Shown here: positions 9,196 to 20,161 of the stretch, piece after piece
Layout of the letters: every line of letters begins with the position of its first letter
Position numbering within the stretch: position 1 is the stretch's first letter
Position numbers and translations under genes: made by a program
The notes under the pieces: generated by a model
What the model saw: only the letters and a program-made list of their open reading frames with translations
Database searches by the model: none
Told to the model about the DNA's origin: nothing
Origin: Protoeuglena noctilucae
Taxonomy: Eukaryota
Direction: 5' to 3'
NCBI GenBank assembly: GCA_958009085.1
Contig: OY253690.1
Span: 372,001-422,614, forward strand
DNA: 50,614 bases

Positions 9196-9497
9196 GCAGG
9201 TGACAATTCGACTATTTTTTCGCAGGAAGCCCACAAGGATCTGGGAACCCGGGGAGTCGGCGAGAATCGCCAGGGTCCAGGCCGCGCGGGCGAGAAACAA
9301 CCTTGCACCAGGTCCATGTACCCGGATTAATTTTATCCGGGACCCGCGCGCCGGTCTCGAAGCCCGAGAAGCCCCGGCGCTGGATGTCTGACCAGGTTCT
9401 AGAACATGGGTAAATACCCTAGCCCTGGCGAAGCGCATAAAAGTTCGCGCGCGCGTGGTTTCGCGGACACTTTCTGCGCTTCCGACTCCGATCGAAG

Positions 9498-10200
9498 ATG
9501 CCGAAGGCCCCGATCAAGAAAGGCGAGCCCTACGAGGAGCGCGCGCGCGCGCTCCTTGCGCGAGTGAGGCTCGATAGGTGCATCGTGCCCTTCAACAACA
9601 AGGGGGTGCCGAAGCGCTGCGGCAACAAGCCGCATATGACCATCGCGAACACGAGGCTGCACCTCAACTGCGTCGAGCTTGCGTGCGAGAGGCACCGCGG
9701 GTGAGGGGTCCGGGCGACGAATCCCCCGCAACCTTGCGCGCGCTTCCGGGCCCCACCGGCATCACCCGACGCCCTTGCAGGGTCGTGGAAGAGCTCCTGA
9801 GGGAGTACATCATTAACAACGGCGGAAACCCCACCTGGTGAGGGGCCTGGACTGGTCCGGACAACGGCGTGTGCTCCCGGAAACCGAGTCTCAGTCTCTG
9901 TCGTCTCCGAGTCCACAGGGTCCACCAAACGGACATGCACTTCGAGGCACTCAAGATCGCCGCGAGGGCCAACCCGGGCGACGACACATACGAGATCCCC
10001 CTCTGGCTCCCGTGCACTGTCGGGGAGACGACGGCAGGCAGCACCCACGCCCCCGCAGATCACCCACAAGCGCCGCAAGGTGGTCTCCGGGACGGGTGCC
10101 GCGTCTGGAGCCAGGTGCGTGTGTGTCAGTGCGTCGCTGCACACGGGGTGTCCGGGACGGGCCGCTGATGACACCTCTCGCCTGGTCCGCAGTAACGAGA
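9498..10200 (+). CDS. Spliced hypothetical gene at the element's right end (3' end uncertain)
   Basis: Exon 9498-9700, intron 9701-9780 (GTGAGG...TTGCAG), exon 9781-9837, intron 9838-9918 (GTGAGG...CACAG). Splicing joins one frame: ...ERHRG-VVEELLREYIINNGGNPTW-VHQTDMHFEALK... Confidence 0.6.
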
Positions 10201-10424
10201 TGACCGGCTAGAGACGACGCAGGCGGCCGCAGTGTGGACGACACGGCCCCGACCTGGTGCGTGCCTGCGCCGCGTCACGGGGGGCATTACGCAGGCAGGC
10301 CGGGGGGCTGGGCTCAGACCGAGACGCTTGTTCGGTGTGCCCGCAGATCCATGCAAGTAGACTTTCGCTGGTCGCTGTTGCTGGTCGCCTGGCGCTGTCG
10401 TTGCTCCCCCCCGCTGATCCCCCC

Positions 10425-10580
10425 CTACCAGCGCAAGCTGGTGACCCACCCCCGGGTCGTTAATCTGGGATACGCCCGCCCGGCGTGTAACAAGTGGGTA
10501 GCCACTACCAGCGGAGGCTGGTGACCCCACCCTGGGTCGTTAATCTGGGATACGCCTGCCCGGCGTGTAACAAGTGGGCA
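10425..10580. repeat. Tandem duplication, ~80-bp period, 2 copies
   Basis: GGGTCGTTAATCTGGGATACGCC...CGGCGTGTAACAAGTGGG occurs twice (units start ~10426 and ~10506). Confidence 0.9.
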
Positions 10581-10679
10581 TGGCGGCAGCCAACCAAACA
10601 TGCACTACCCAGCGGGGGGGCCTTGATCTGTCAGCTCACCCCTGGGCGGGCACCCAGTTGAAGAAGAACCAGCGAGCCG

Positions 10680-10950
10680 GTGATCAAAGAACCCTCTGGC
10701 CGTTCCACCGGTCCAATTTTTTTTTGACAGATTTTGGGGAAATCTTTTTCGGTCTCCCCGAGCCGGCCATTGTCCGTTGTCCCCCGTTGTGATCAAAGAA
10801 TCCCCTCGCATGGCCGTTCCACTGGTCCAATTTTTTTTTGACAGATTTTCGGAAATCTTTTTCGGTCTTCCCGGGCCGGCCGTTGTCCGTTGTCCGTTGT
10901 CCGTTGTGGTCAGCCCCCGCATGGCCGGTCCACCGGTCCAGTTTCTGACA
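10680..10950. repeat. Tandem repeat, ~109-bp period, 2 copies plus a partial copy, with poly-T tracts
   Basis: TGATCAAAGAA at 10681 and 10790, each followed by GGTCCAATTTTTTTTTTGACAGATTTT; partial third copy ~10915-10950. Confidence 0.9.
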
Positions 10951-11045
10951 TATGGGGGAAAACCCTTCGCGTTTCAGAGTGGCCTCCCGCCTGGTCAGGG
11001 CCTCTACCCTGACCGCTGTCTGTCACGCGAAGTGTGTCCCCGAAA

Positions 11046-11210
11046 TTCTGGCGTTTTCGGCGCTGTCAGTTCGCGTTTCAAAGGGCTTTTTCGTCAGGCG
11101 TCGAAATTTCGCGTTTTCGAACGGCGATTTTCGTCGTTTCGTTGTTTTCTGGCGTTTTCGGCGCTGTCAGTTCGCGTTTCAAAGGGCTTTTTCGTCAGGC
11201 GTCGAAAGTT
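11046..11210. repeat. Tandem repeat, ~101-bp period, 2 copies
   Basis: TTCTGGCGTTTTCGGCGCTGTCAGTTCGCGTTTCAAAGGGCTTTTTCGTCAGGCGTCGAAA at 11046 and 11147. Confidence 0.9.
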
Positions 11211-12169
11211 CGAGTCTCGCCGTTAGCTTTCCAAATGGCCAAAAAAGTTTTGCGCTGGCGCTGGTCTTACCCCACCACTGCTGCGCAGGCCACCATGAGC
11301 ATATCGGGCTGTCGATATATGGGCATAACTGGGCATGCAACGGAGTGGTTACGAGAGACGTAGTGCATATAGGTAGCCCATAGTTTTCCAGAAGCCCTGG
11401 CCGATGCCGTGCTTGGCGTCAAAGGGGCCGCAACTCTGCACGCTTTTCGCGTCTGGGCGGCCCCCTCTGTACCGTATCGGGTACAGCGAAGGCTAGCAAC
11501 GATGAACACCAACCCCAATATGCTGCTCTGCGCCGCCCCCGGATTGTTTGGAAGCAGCGCGGGCACTTTCAAAATCCACGCAGTGCATGCCTGCCCTAAG
11601 TTGCTCCTGACGATGTCTTACTCTCCACTTCTCTTCCCAACGTGTTGCTTTAGTGCCACGTAGCATTCAAACACCATCTATATGTCCATCGCCGTCCCCT
11701 CGAGGGCGTGATTCTCTCCGAGCAGCGCAATGCTTGATGGAGACTAGCATTGCATTCCTCCTTAATCGTACTTTTCTCCCTGTTAGCAACGAGGCTGCAC
11801 ATCAAGCATCGAGACGCGCAGAGGGCGCACAGTGCGAGAAAAATGCGCGCGACCCAATGGCATCGGAATCTCTGCGACATCGTCGCGATCGAATCTTTAT
11901 TGATGTCTGAAAGCATCGCAGCCGGCCATCGCTCGGATAGCTCCCCGGGCAGCGCTGGCCAGCTCCCACAGCAGCAACGCCTGGCCGCCCTTGCCGCGCC
12001 CCGTCGCGCCAGCCGTTCCGTCGGAGTGGCGCCTTGCCCCAGCCAGCGCACGCACACACAGCCAGACCATCTCGTCCGCACACTCCGCGCCGCTTCCGCA
12101 GCCCCAGAAAACCGCGGGGTGGCTTTGATCCGCTCGCCCCGCACGTTCGCGCCCCTTGCCGTCGTCACA

Positions 12170-12562
12170 GCGCCCCGATGATCTCCGTCACCGACTCTCT
12201 GCTTCAATGCGATTATCGACCACGCGATTGCAACGCAGGAGGTCCCCGATACGGCCTCCTTGACGCTCCGCGTGTCGCGCACGCGTGCGATCACCGGACC
12301 CGACCCCGGCGCGCCGGCGGCTCCGGCCCGGACGATGCGCCCCACGTTACCGGAGATAGTCCCTCTACCGATCGCGACCGACGTTGCGGCCGCAGGACGC
12401 CGTCGCTGCCGCGACTGGCACTGCCCACGCCGCCAGCCGCGCCTCAGCCCGGCGGGTTCCGCCCGAACACGGCGGACGCCTAATGTCCGCCGGCGGGTTC
12501 CAGCCTGGAACCCGCCCCGGAACCCGCCCGGGCCCCGGAACCCGCCCTGAGTCCTCCCAGTG
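12170..12562 (-). mobile_element. Degenerate dispersed repeat / DNA-transposon terminus (CACTG end), copy 1
   Basis: Alignable to 15088-15364 (shared GCGGCCGCAGGACG..GTCGCTGC.GCGACTGGCA and GCGGGTTCCAGCC); both end in TCCTCCCAGTG. Confidence 0.55.
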
Positions 12563-12863
12563 CCCCCAAGCGACACCCAGGGGGAGCCGGGCTGAGGGGC
12601 TGGGCTGGGTGTGGCTCTTCTTCTCTGCAGCTGGGTTTTGGTCTATGCGGCTCCTCCTACTCCTCCTCATATTTCCCCTTCTAGGTCTCTTCTTCTTCTT
12701 CATCGCCTCCCTTGAAGGACCTTCTGGCTGCTAGGGTTTTTTAGGGTACCCTACCCGCTTAGCCTAGTAGTAGTAGCCTCTTGAATTCCACAGTGGTAAA
12801 AAAAGCGCGCAGGGGGGCTGTTCGCGAATCTTGACACCCCAAGATAAGAAGCAAGCATGCATC

Positions 12864-14629
12864 ATGCGTCACGTGCTGGGGCTGACCGTGTGGTGGCTCT
12901 TGGGGTAAGTCCAGGCACGCATGCGTGTCTCATCGTCCCGACGTCACATTATGGCATGCTTTGAGCCCTCCGTGGCCCGCATGCCCCTGCAGGGTGTGCA
13001 CGGCGGAGGCTGCCCTCCATGTACGCTTTGCGGGGGCCGACTGCCCGAGTATCGATGGCGATGTGTCGCTGGATATCCCCTTCTTGACGCACCCGCACGA
13101 CGCCCTTCGCTTCGTGCTGACGAAGTACCCAGCCTTGCACTCCATAGAGTTCGCGGTCATGTCCCTGCTTGACATCATCGTCTATAGCACCGCCCACCAC
13201 CCGATCGTGAGCTACCAGGTTGCTGTGGATGGTGCTCCGGAGGGCCGCGCCGTCCTTCGGGTCTGGGCTCACGAAGATGTGGATGCAGCTGTTGCAGCAT
13301 TCGCACAGCGCTGGGAGCTCTCCGAGAGCGACAGGGCGGAACTGGAACGCAAGTCGGTAAACATCATACATGTAGTTGCCGACAACGACCCCGCCGTGCT
13401 CACGTTCGCGTTTCCGGACCAAAGTATGTTCGGCAATCTTCGAGCGGTGCGGGGCGCGTATCTTGGCCTCGCCCGTGGCATGTTCGCTGGACTCGTTATT
13501 TGTAGGCTGATGTGGTGGCTACATTGTTGGCCGCAGGACGCCGGGCTGAGCAAGTTCACGGCACAGGGCCCTGCCCGCGTGGACTCGACGGCATTCAGCC
13601 CATCCGTGGCGGGGCAGATCTTCCACGCGCTGAAAGGAACGCTCGGCGCGTCACACTGTGGGGAGGAAGATACCAAAATATGTTTTCTCCTGACCGACCA
13701 CCCTCATGTGCGTGCGACGGCAGCGTGGTTCCCCGACCCCGTCCAGTGGGCGGTGGGGCCCCTCCTGGAGCCCTTCCAGCCCGCCCTCGTCTCCGATGCT
13801 CCGGTCATGCGCGCCCTGCTGCAGTGCCGCGCATCGCCGTTGCCGCGGAGGGCCTGCGAGGCGAGCCCTTGCTGGCCGGTGGCCTTCACGGGGTGCGGCT
13901 ACTCGGGCACAGGACTGCTGGAGCGGCTTTTCCGCTCGGGCCTAGGAGTGGATTTGCGGCACGAGGAGCTGGGGGACGACGGCACGTCGTCCTGGCCGGT
14001 GGCATTCAGCGCAGCAGATGCGGCGTTCGAGCGCGTCATGGTTCAGGTGCGGCACCCGCTGGCGGTGGTGCGGTCGCATCAAAACACGGCATTCGCGTTC
14101 AATCTCGAGCGAGAACTCGAGGCGGCGGGCGTCAAGGACTTTGTCTACGCGGACGACGTCCTCCCTCCCTGGGCAGGGGCGGCGATGGGGCCCCCGTTCC
14201 AGGCGCTGGCGTGGTGGCTGTCGGCGAACGTGCTGGCCTTGGAGCACGCGGACTGCTGGTGGCGTCTGGAGGACCTGGTGGCGCACCCGCGCATGGCCGT
14301 GGAGATCTGTGCACGGGCGTGGCCGGGGCGGTGCGGGTGCGAGGACGTGGACTGGGCGGCCGTGCTGCAGGCGACGGGGCGATCCAACCGGCACGCGGTC
14401 GACGAGGCGAGTCACCCGGGGCGCGCGGCATGGGATGTTAGCGCCGAGGCTTGGCACGCTGCATGCCTCTTGGCAAGACAATGAACTTGACAGCCTCCCG
14501 GGTCCCCACGGCACGCAGGCGGTGTGGACGTGGCGGCTTTTGGGGTACTTGTCGCAGACGTCGGAGGAGCGGCAGGTGCTGCTCGAGGCCAGGCTTATGT
14601 GCGGGCTGCTGGGGTACGAGGACTGTTGA
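12864..14629 (+). CDS. Secreted/Golgi sulfotransferase-domain protein (spliced)
   Basis: Hydrophobic N-terminus MRHVLGLTVWWLLG, then intron 12905-12992 (GTAAGT..CAG). PAPS-binding-like motifs FTGCGYSGTGLL and QVRHPLAVVRS. Last exon ends LLGYEDC*. Confidence 0.7.
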
Positions 14630-15087
14630 TGATCAGAGGCGGTCGCTGTCTACGCTCCAGGCTTGAGGTATTTCAAGTCCTTGCAGTGCTAGAGGCCTCC
14701 TCTACGCCTGTTTATTTCCCAGAAGTCGAGGCCCAGTATACTGTTCTGCTGCGGATCCTGCCCTTGGTGCACAATGCCCAGCATCACAGGCTCACCATGA
14801 AGAGGTTGGGGCATGCGTCCTCCGCGACTTCATAATCCCTGTCGTACTGCAAGCAGCAGCCAAAACAGACGCTGCAGTCCCTGCATGTGTCACTTGCTGC
14901 AGGGGTGCCAGCTCCCAAATGGCCAGCCCCTGACCTTCCGCCTGTGGGAGGGCGAGTGGATGGCCGAGGCTGTGCCGGCCTTCCTGGCTGGGGCAGGGGC
15001 CGACACTGCTACAGCAGACAAGGTGGCGCTCCGTCGTCGTGCAGGTGCGGACCAGGGGCGGGTTCCATGTGTATGTGTGTCGACACA

Positions 15088-15364
15088 GCGCCCGATGCTC
15101 TATGTTACCGACCCTCTGCTTCAAAACGATTATGTACCACATGCATGCGAGGCTTTGGCCCGGCCGATGCTCCACGCGTCACCAAAGATGGTCCCCTTAC
15201 CCATCGCGGCCGCAGGACGCGGTCGCTGCTGCGACTGGCAGCGCACATGCCCAAAGCTGCGGCCCACTACGGCGCGTTCCGCCCAAACACGGCCGACGCC
15301 CAGTGTCGCCCAGCGGGTTCCAGCCCTGGAGCCCGCCCGGAATCCGCTTTAATTCCTCCCAGTG
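15088..15364 (-). mobile_element. Degenerate dispersed repeat / DNA-transposon terminus (CACTG end), copy 2
   Basis: Diverged copy of 12170-12562 with the same terminal TCCTCCCAGTG. Confidence 0.55.
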
Positions 15365-15523
15365 TTGTGCGCGCCTAGTATGCCTCCTTTAAGGCAACAT
15401 GAGGCAGTACTTCCCGAGCTGTGCTTGCGTTGTATGACAGCGGGTCGTAGATAGTAAGTAGCCCTGGGAGGCCGTCAAAGAAGGCCCTGTCGGCGGCAAG
15501 TGAATGGCAAGTCAGGATAATGC

Positions 15524-16804
15524 TCAGAGCTTTGCTGCCGACGAGGACGAGTGCGTGTCCATCCTCAGCACTCGCCTGGAGTTAATGGACAGCCTCCCCG
15601 TGTGCCCCACTACGCGAGTGGTGTCCGCCCAGATGTCCCAGCCCAAGGCCCGGACGCGCTCGGCAAAAGCTATGTAGTCAGTCGGGGACTGTGGAGCAGC
15701 AAAAGAAGCTTGGAGCATGTGCAAGAGCAATAAGCTGTTGCGGATCGAAACGGGGGTGGGGGTATAACGCCCGTTTTCACCTGCTCTAACAACCCTTCGA
15801 GCCCCTGCGTGCAAAACATGCAGGGGATTGCCCCAAACAGCTGGTTTTCAACCCATGTCTCTGGGAAGAAGGCCACGAGCTCCTCCACGACGTGCCGCTT
15901 GATGAGGACGAGCCCTGCGACGTCAGGCGCGTGCAGAGCCGTTGCGGCGTCGCATCCATCCTGTCGGGTGAGTCACAGGCGGAGACATGAGCGCAAGCAC
16001 CTGTCGCACCACTCACCAAACCCGACGCTCTTGACCCGGATGAAGCCGTCCACGACACGTCCGGGATCCGGCACGTCATCCTGCTCTAGAAGTTTGACGT
16101 TCTCCTCAAATGCCAGCCCAGGCAACACCGCCGCTGCTGTGCCCTGCGGGTGTAGATGCCATCCTCTCGCACGCCGTGCATGGCTGGCCATCAGCAGCGA
16201 ACAGTGACAAGCGTGATTCTCGCCTGCAAGACCCTACCGAAGTTGGGTCGGGAGCGGTGCAGCAGGGCAGGGATGGCCGCCACGTCGGCGTCGAATGCCA
16301 ACAGTCGCTCCACGTCCGCTGAGCGGGGCGACAAGGGCCGGGACTGAGCGAAGCGAGCACGCAACAAAGCCAGAGCTCGCAATAGGCCACAAATCCCCTC
16401 ACATGCCCTAAAATCGATGTCCACATCGGCAAGCAGAACGTGGGTCATCGTAGGGTCCTGAAGACTGGAGTACATGGACCACGAGCGCGAAAGGTAGGTC
16501 TCCGCAATATTTTTGGCGAAGCTCAGCTGCGAGCGCAATGTCGGGCTCTGGTATTTGATATTTGCGCCACAGCGAGGCATGACTCCGAAACTCCTCGCCA
16601 CAGCGAGGAACTGCGACCCGCCTGGATCTTCACGCCCTTGTCAGGACGAATCATGTGGAAATGGTGCGCCAGGTGAAATGCCGATATGTAGCCATCACTG
16701 GTAACAGCCATGCTGCTGCCGATCGTAGACAGCGTGACCACAGCGGCGAGAGCAGCCTCGTGCAGCGTGAGAAGAACCACGATAGCGGCTAGCATGACCA
16801 ACAT
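15524..16804 (-). CDS. GT-A fold glycosyltransferase-like protein with signal anchor (spliced), paralog of 31939-33259
   Basis: N-terminal MLVMLAAIVVLLTL; DxD motif THVLLADVDIDF; VKSVGFG; C-terminal DYIAFAERVRALGWDIWADTTRVVGHTG. Confidence 0.7.
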
Positions 16805-17619
16805 GCTCGCGGTAGATAGTGTAAAATGAAGTCTTGCGATGACTTTATTCCTTAAGGGAACGTCGAGCTTAGAAGCTGGCAATGAGGACGTCAACTCACA
16901 ACGCGGCACAACGCATCGAGCTAAAGGCCCTGGGGGTTTCAGAGGTCGAGGTAGTCCTGTAAGTCTTGGGGCGGTGTCAAGTCTTTCCCGGAGCTCAGGG
17001 GCCACCTTGGGCGCTACTTTCCTACTCCACGCATAGAAATAGTAAAAGACAGACGGGTCAGAAAAGATCGGGAGCGCCGGTGAGCGCGCGGGCCAGAATC
17101 GCCTCTGAAATGAGGCATCTGCGCAAATTCTTTCCTTTGAAGAATCCAGGACATATTTGGAAACGCCTCTTCGTCATGGTCCCCATTTGCTCCTGTGCAT
17201 CCAAGGGTGCGCATTTCTCGATAGATAAGCTTGTCGTTTGGCGCGAGCGCTGGGTCCCAAGTTGGGGTGGCACACGTCTTTCCTGGCGACATCAGTGGCT
17301 TTGTGACAAAGCTGCCAATGCCATCTGCTTGTTATGAATGTAGTTAAGCTCCCTGCACCGGCGTGTTGGGTGTTCAGCCAGTCGGCGCTGCCTGTTTAGG
17401 CTTCTCCCGCCACACCCTGTATAATTCTCTCCCCCCGCTTCAGATGCCCTTCTGAGACCGCGCCAGAGGCAGGAGATGGCGGATAGGGTCAGATGAAAGA
17501 GTTCGGCGGGATGGGGTTGGAGGCAGGACCCCAAACGCCGGAGCGGGGGGAGGAGACCTCAGGCCCCATCCCCACACTGGTGGGAGATTCGGCGGGTGCC
17601 GGGAGCCGGCTTTCCGCGA

Positions 17620-17723
17620 GTACGCCAGAACAGGGCCGGAACTGGGAGCGGAACTCTCCCGGTACGCGGTTTCCGGGTCCGCGGCCGCGTACCGCGGGTA
17701 CTGTGTCGGTACCGCCCTGGTAC
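17620..17723. promoter_or_regulatory. Cluster of six GTAC cores (possible SBP/CRR1-type elements or transposon subterminal repeats)
   Basis: GTAC at 17620, 17662, 17689, 17698, 17709 and 17720. Confidence 0.35.
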
Positions 17724-17898
17724 GCCCTTTTGGCGGCCCCGCTCTCCAGAGGCCTCTCGCCCCGCGCGTGCGCTCGCTAGGGGCTTGAAGAATGTAGATG
17801 TCGGCGCGCGAAGCGGGACGGTCGCCGGGCGACTCGGGAGACGGGGACACTGGTTGCGCGGGCGTGCGCGTTCCCGACCGCGACGCCGGCGTCCGCAG

Positions 17899-18419
17899 GG
17901 TCGGCTGCGGGTTCATTGGATACCGCGAGCCCCAGCGAGGTGCGCGCCGTGTACGTGCGGCGCGCCATGAGCCTGCGGGAGCTGGGCGACGAGGACCTGG
18001 CGCGGCTGGCGTCGGTGATACTGGAGGAGCACGGGGTGGCGCTTGAGGTGGTGCGGGTCGAGGCCATGACGGTGGAGGAGCAGGTGCGGCTGTCGGCCAG
18101 GGTCGACCTCATGGTGGGCGTGCACGGCAACGGCCTGACCAACCTGCTGTGGATGCCGCCGCACGGGGCGGTGCTGGAGCTGTTTGCGGCCGACTGGCAC
18201 TTCTACGATTATCAGATGCTGAGCGAGATCAGCGGGCACCTGTACAGCGGGGTGCAGGAGGGCAACCCGCATCCGTACCGGCGGGGGTCGCGGCGAGAGT
18301 CTGTCTACGGTATGCAAACATTTGGCCCAACCTCGCTGGACTGGGAGCTTGTGAGCCACGAGTTAGCCTTCCTGCTGGCGCGCATCATGGCATGTTGTGG
18401 TGGCCCAAATGAGCACTAG
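17899..18419 (+). pseudogene. 5'-truncated GT61 glycosyltransferase paralog (or terminal exon of a short gene)
   Basis: Motif EEQVRLSARVDLMVGVHGNGLTNLLWM. 17923-18301 is near-identical to 22083-22461; upstream sequence is not homologous. Possible acceptor CGCAG ending at 17898. Confidence 0.6.
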
Positions 18420-18614
18420 CTAAACCCTATGTCCAGCGGCTTTAGTGATGTGGAAGCACTTGGTGATGATGTGAGCACGCGGATGTGCCTTCAAGGATCT
18501 GGCGTAACCACGGCTTGCGGCAGCCCTTTTGTCCCCGACACGCCTCAGCGTTGCATTCGTCACAACCCTCACTCACACGCAAACCGAGGGGCTTCTAAGT
18601 CACACATCCTCACG

Positions 18615-20161
18615 CTAGCACGCAGTTATCGTGATGGGGAACCCGTCTCCTGGTCCGCTGGGCTCCGACCCCCATTGGACCCCCATGTCTCGCAGGACGC
18701 AGCACAGCTGCTGGTTGCGGACGTGGAAGTCGGCGGTGAAGTGCAGCTGCGTCGACGTCTTCTCCTTGTCCTCCCCGTAGAACTGCCACCTCTGTCGGGA
18801 CACCCGCCCCAGCTCCTCCGGGACGAGTCTCACCACGCGGCGCTCCACCCCCGCCATGGCCAGCCAGCCCGACAGTAGCACGTCGTCCACGAAGCGATAC
18901 TCCCACAGCTCTTGCAGCCACGCCTCCAGCGCGTCCCCGGCCCCCAGCCACTGCTTCCGGAACAGCACGCCCCTGTACCCCTCGACGATGTCCACGTCCG
19001 CCCACTGCACCTTGGACGGCTGTTCTTGCAGGATCATGTTGTAGCCCCTCCCGGCCATGAGGGGCGCGGCGGTCCACCCGCTGAACGCCACGGCAACATT
19101 CCCCCACGCCGACGCCCATGCCGCAGCGTGGTCCAGCAGGTGCCGGTCGTACCCCATGTCGTCGTCCACGATCAGGATCCATGCCCCGGAAGGCACGCTT
19201 GCGTCCAGGAACGGCGCCACCCACCTGCACGGCAAGAGCACATCCGCAGTTGCGTCCGGGCCTCCCTCACAGCGACGGACCCACCACGCCGCACTCCCGC
19301 ACGCTCACTTGGTCCCCGGCCCATAGTCCTCCACCTCTCAGACCTCCCACGTCGCCCGCACCTCCTCGGGCACCTGGTCCGCCGACCCCGCCAGGCCAAG
19401 CCGGTCCACCCACTTCGGCACCCACAGCATCCACCGCACGTCCCACCCCTCCAGGCCCTCCGTGCTCAGCCGCTGCAGCATGGGTGCCGTCACGACCACC
19501 AGCGCCATGTTGGGCGGGATGGTTCCCATGCTCACCACCAGCGTCGGCCTCTCAGCATTGGCTCCCCCCCAGCCCCAGCTCGGCGCCTGCTGCAGCGCCC
19601 AGCGCACCGACGGGCTCGGGGACGACCCGCCAGTGGGGCACGCGCGCAGGGGGCCGACGGCATCCCCCGCCACCCACAGGCCGGGCCGCGTGCTGGGCGC
19701 GTTGCCCTCGAGGCCCCAGACGCGCTTAGCCTGCTCCGGGCGGCCCAGCACCGGCAGCCACCCGTCCGAGGCCTCGAGGTCGACGCGGGACTCGAAGCTC
19801 CCGACGCCCCCGCCGAAGGAGAAGGCGTCTGAGGGGTGCACCACCAAGTGGACCTCGCCCGGTGCCGGCGAGGGCTCAAACGACCCGCCCGGTCCCAAGT
19901 CGCGCCACTCCGCGACCCAGGGGAACCATTCGAGGGGCCGTGTATCGTCTACCGCCCGCCACCCCACCCACGCGTGTGCGCGCACGTCGCTGGGCCAACC
20001 AGGATTTGCACCTGTTGACGCCCTTGCGACGCATGCCAAGACGACCAGCACAAAGATGGAACACCAGGCCTGCACAAGAGGCACCTCAGTTGTACTCTAA
20101 TTGGCAATACAACGGCAGAGATGGCGCGTCAGGCGGGGCAGAGAGGGCGGCACACCTTCAT
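18615..20161 (-). CDS. GT-A fold glycosyltransferase with signal peptide (spliced)
   Basis: 6-nt first coding exon ATGAAG, then AWCSIFVLVVLACVARA. Motifs LVVSMGTIPP, LIVDDDMGY (DxD), DIVEGYRGVLFR and FVDDVLLSGWL. Confidence 0.75.

Larger units (their letters stand above)
1..11250. mobile_element. Endogenous Polinton-like virus / virophage-like element, right part (left end outside window, right boundary approximate)
   Basis: Compact, intronless, partly overlapping ORFs include an A32-type packaging ATPase, a penton-like protein, a fibre, a lipase and a C5-MTase, a gene set typical of PLVs. They are followed by T-rich tandem repeats and then intron-rich host genes. Confidence 0.85.

Noticed and set aside
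1..9200. Bacterial or phage contaminant fused to the contig
   Set aside because: The ATPase is A32-type with a penton-like neighbour (a eukaryotic virus module), and composition resembles the host. It cannot be fully excluded without reads.
10425..11250. Possible CRISPR array
   Set aside because: Units are 80-109 bp two-copy duplications without unique spacers; no cas genes; eukaryotic context.
11330..11660. Degenerate transposase fragment on the minus strand (PFDAKHGIGQGFWK)
   Set aside because: Only a vague resemblance to CMC transposase motifs, and interrupted by stops; not supportable without a search.
12765..12776. (AGT)n as the Polinton-type terminus of the viral element
   Set aside because: Wrong orientation for a right end (ACT repeats expected) and separated from the viral region by unrelated repeats.
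12789..12806. CACAGTG followed by an A-run, resembling a RAG recombination signal
   Set aside because: Spacer is 2 nt rather than 12 or 23, and there is no proper nonamer; better explained as a CAC-type transposon end or chance.
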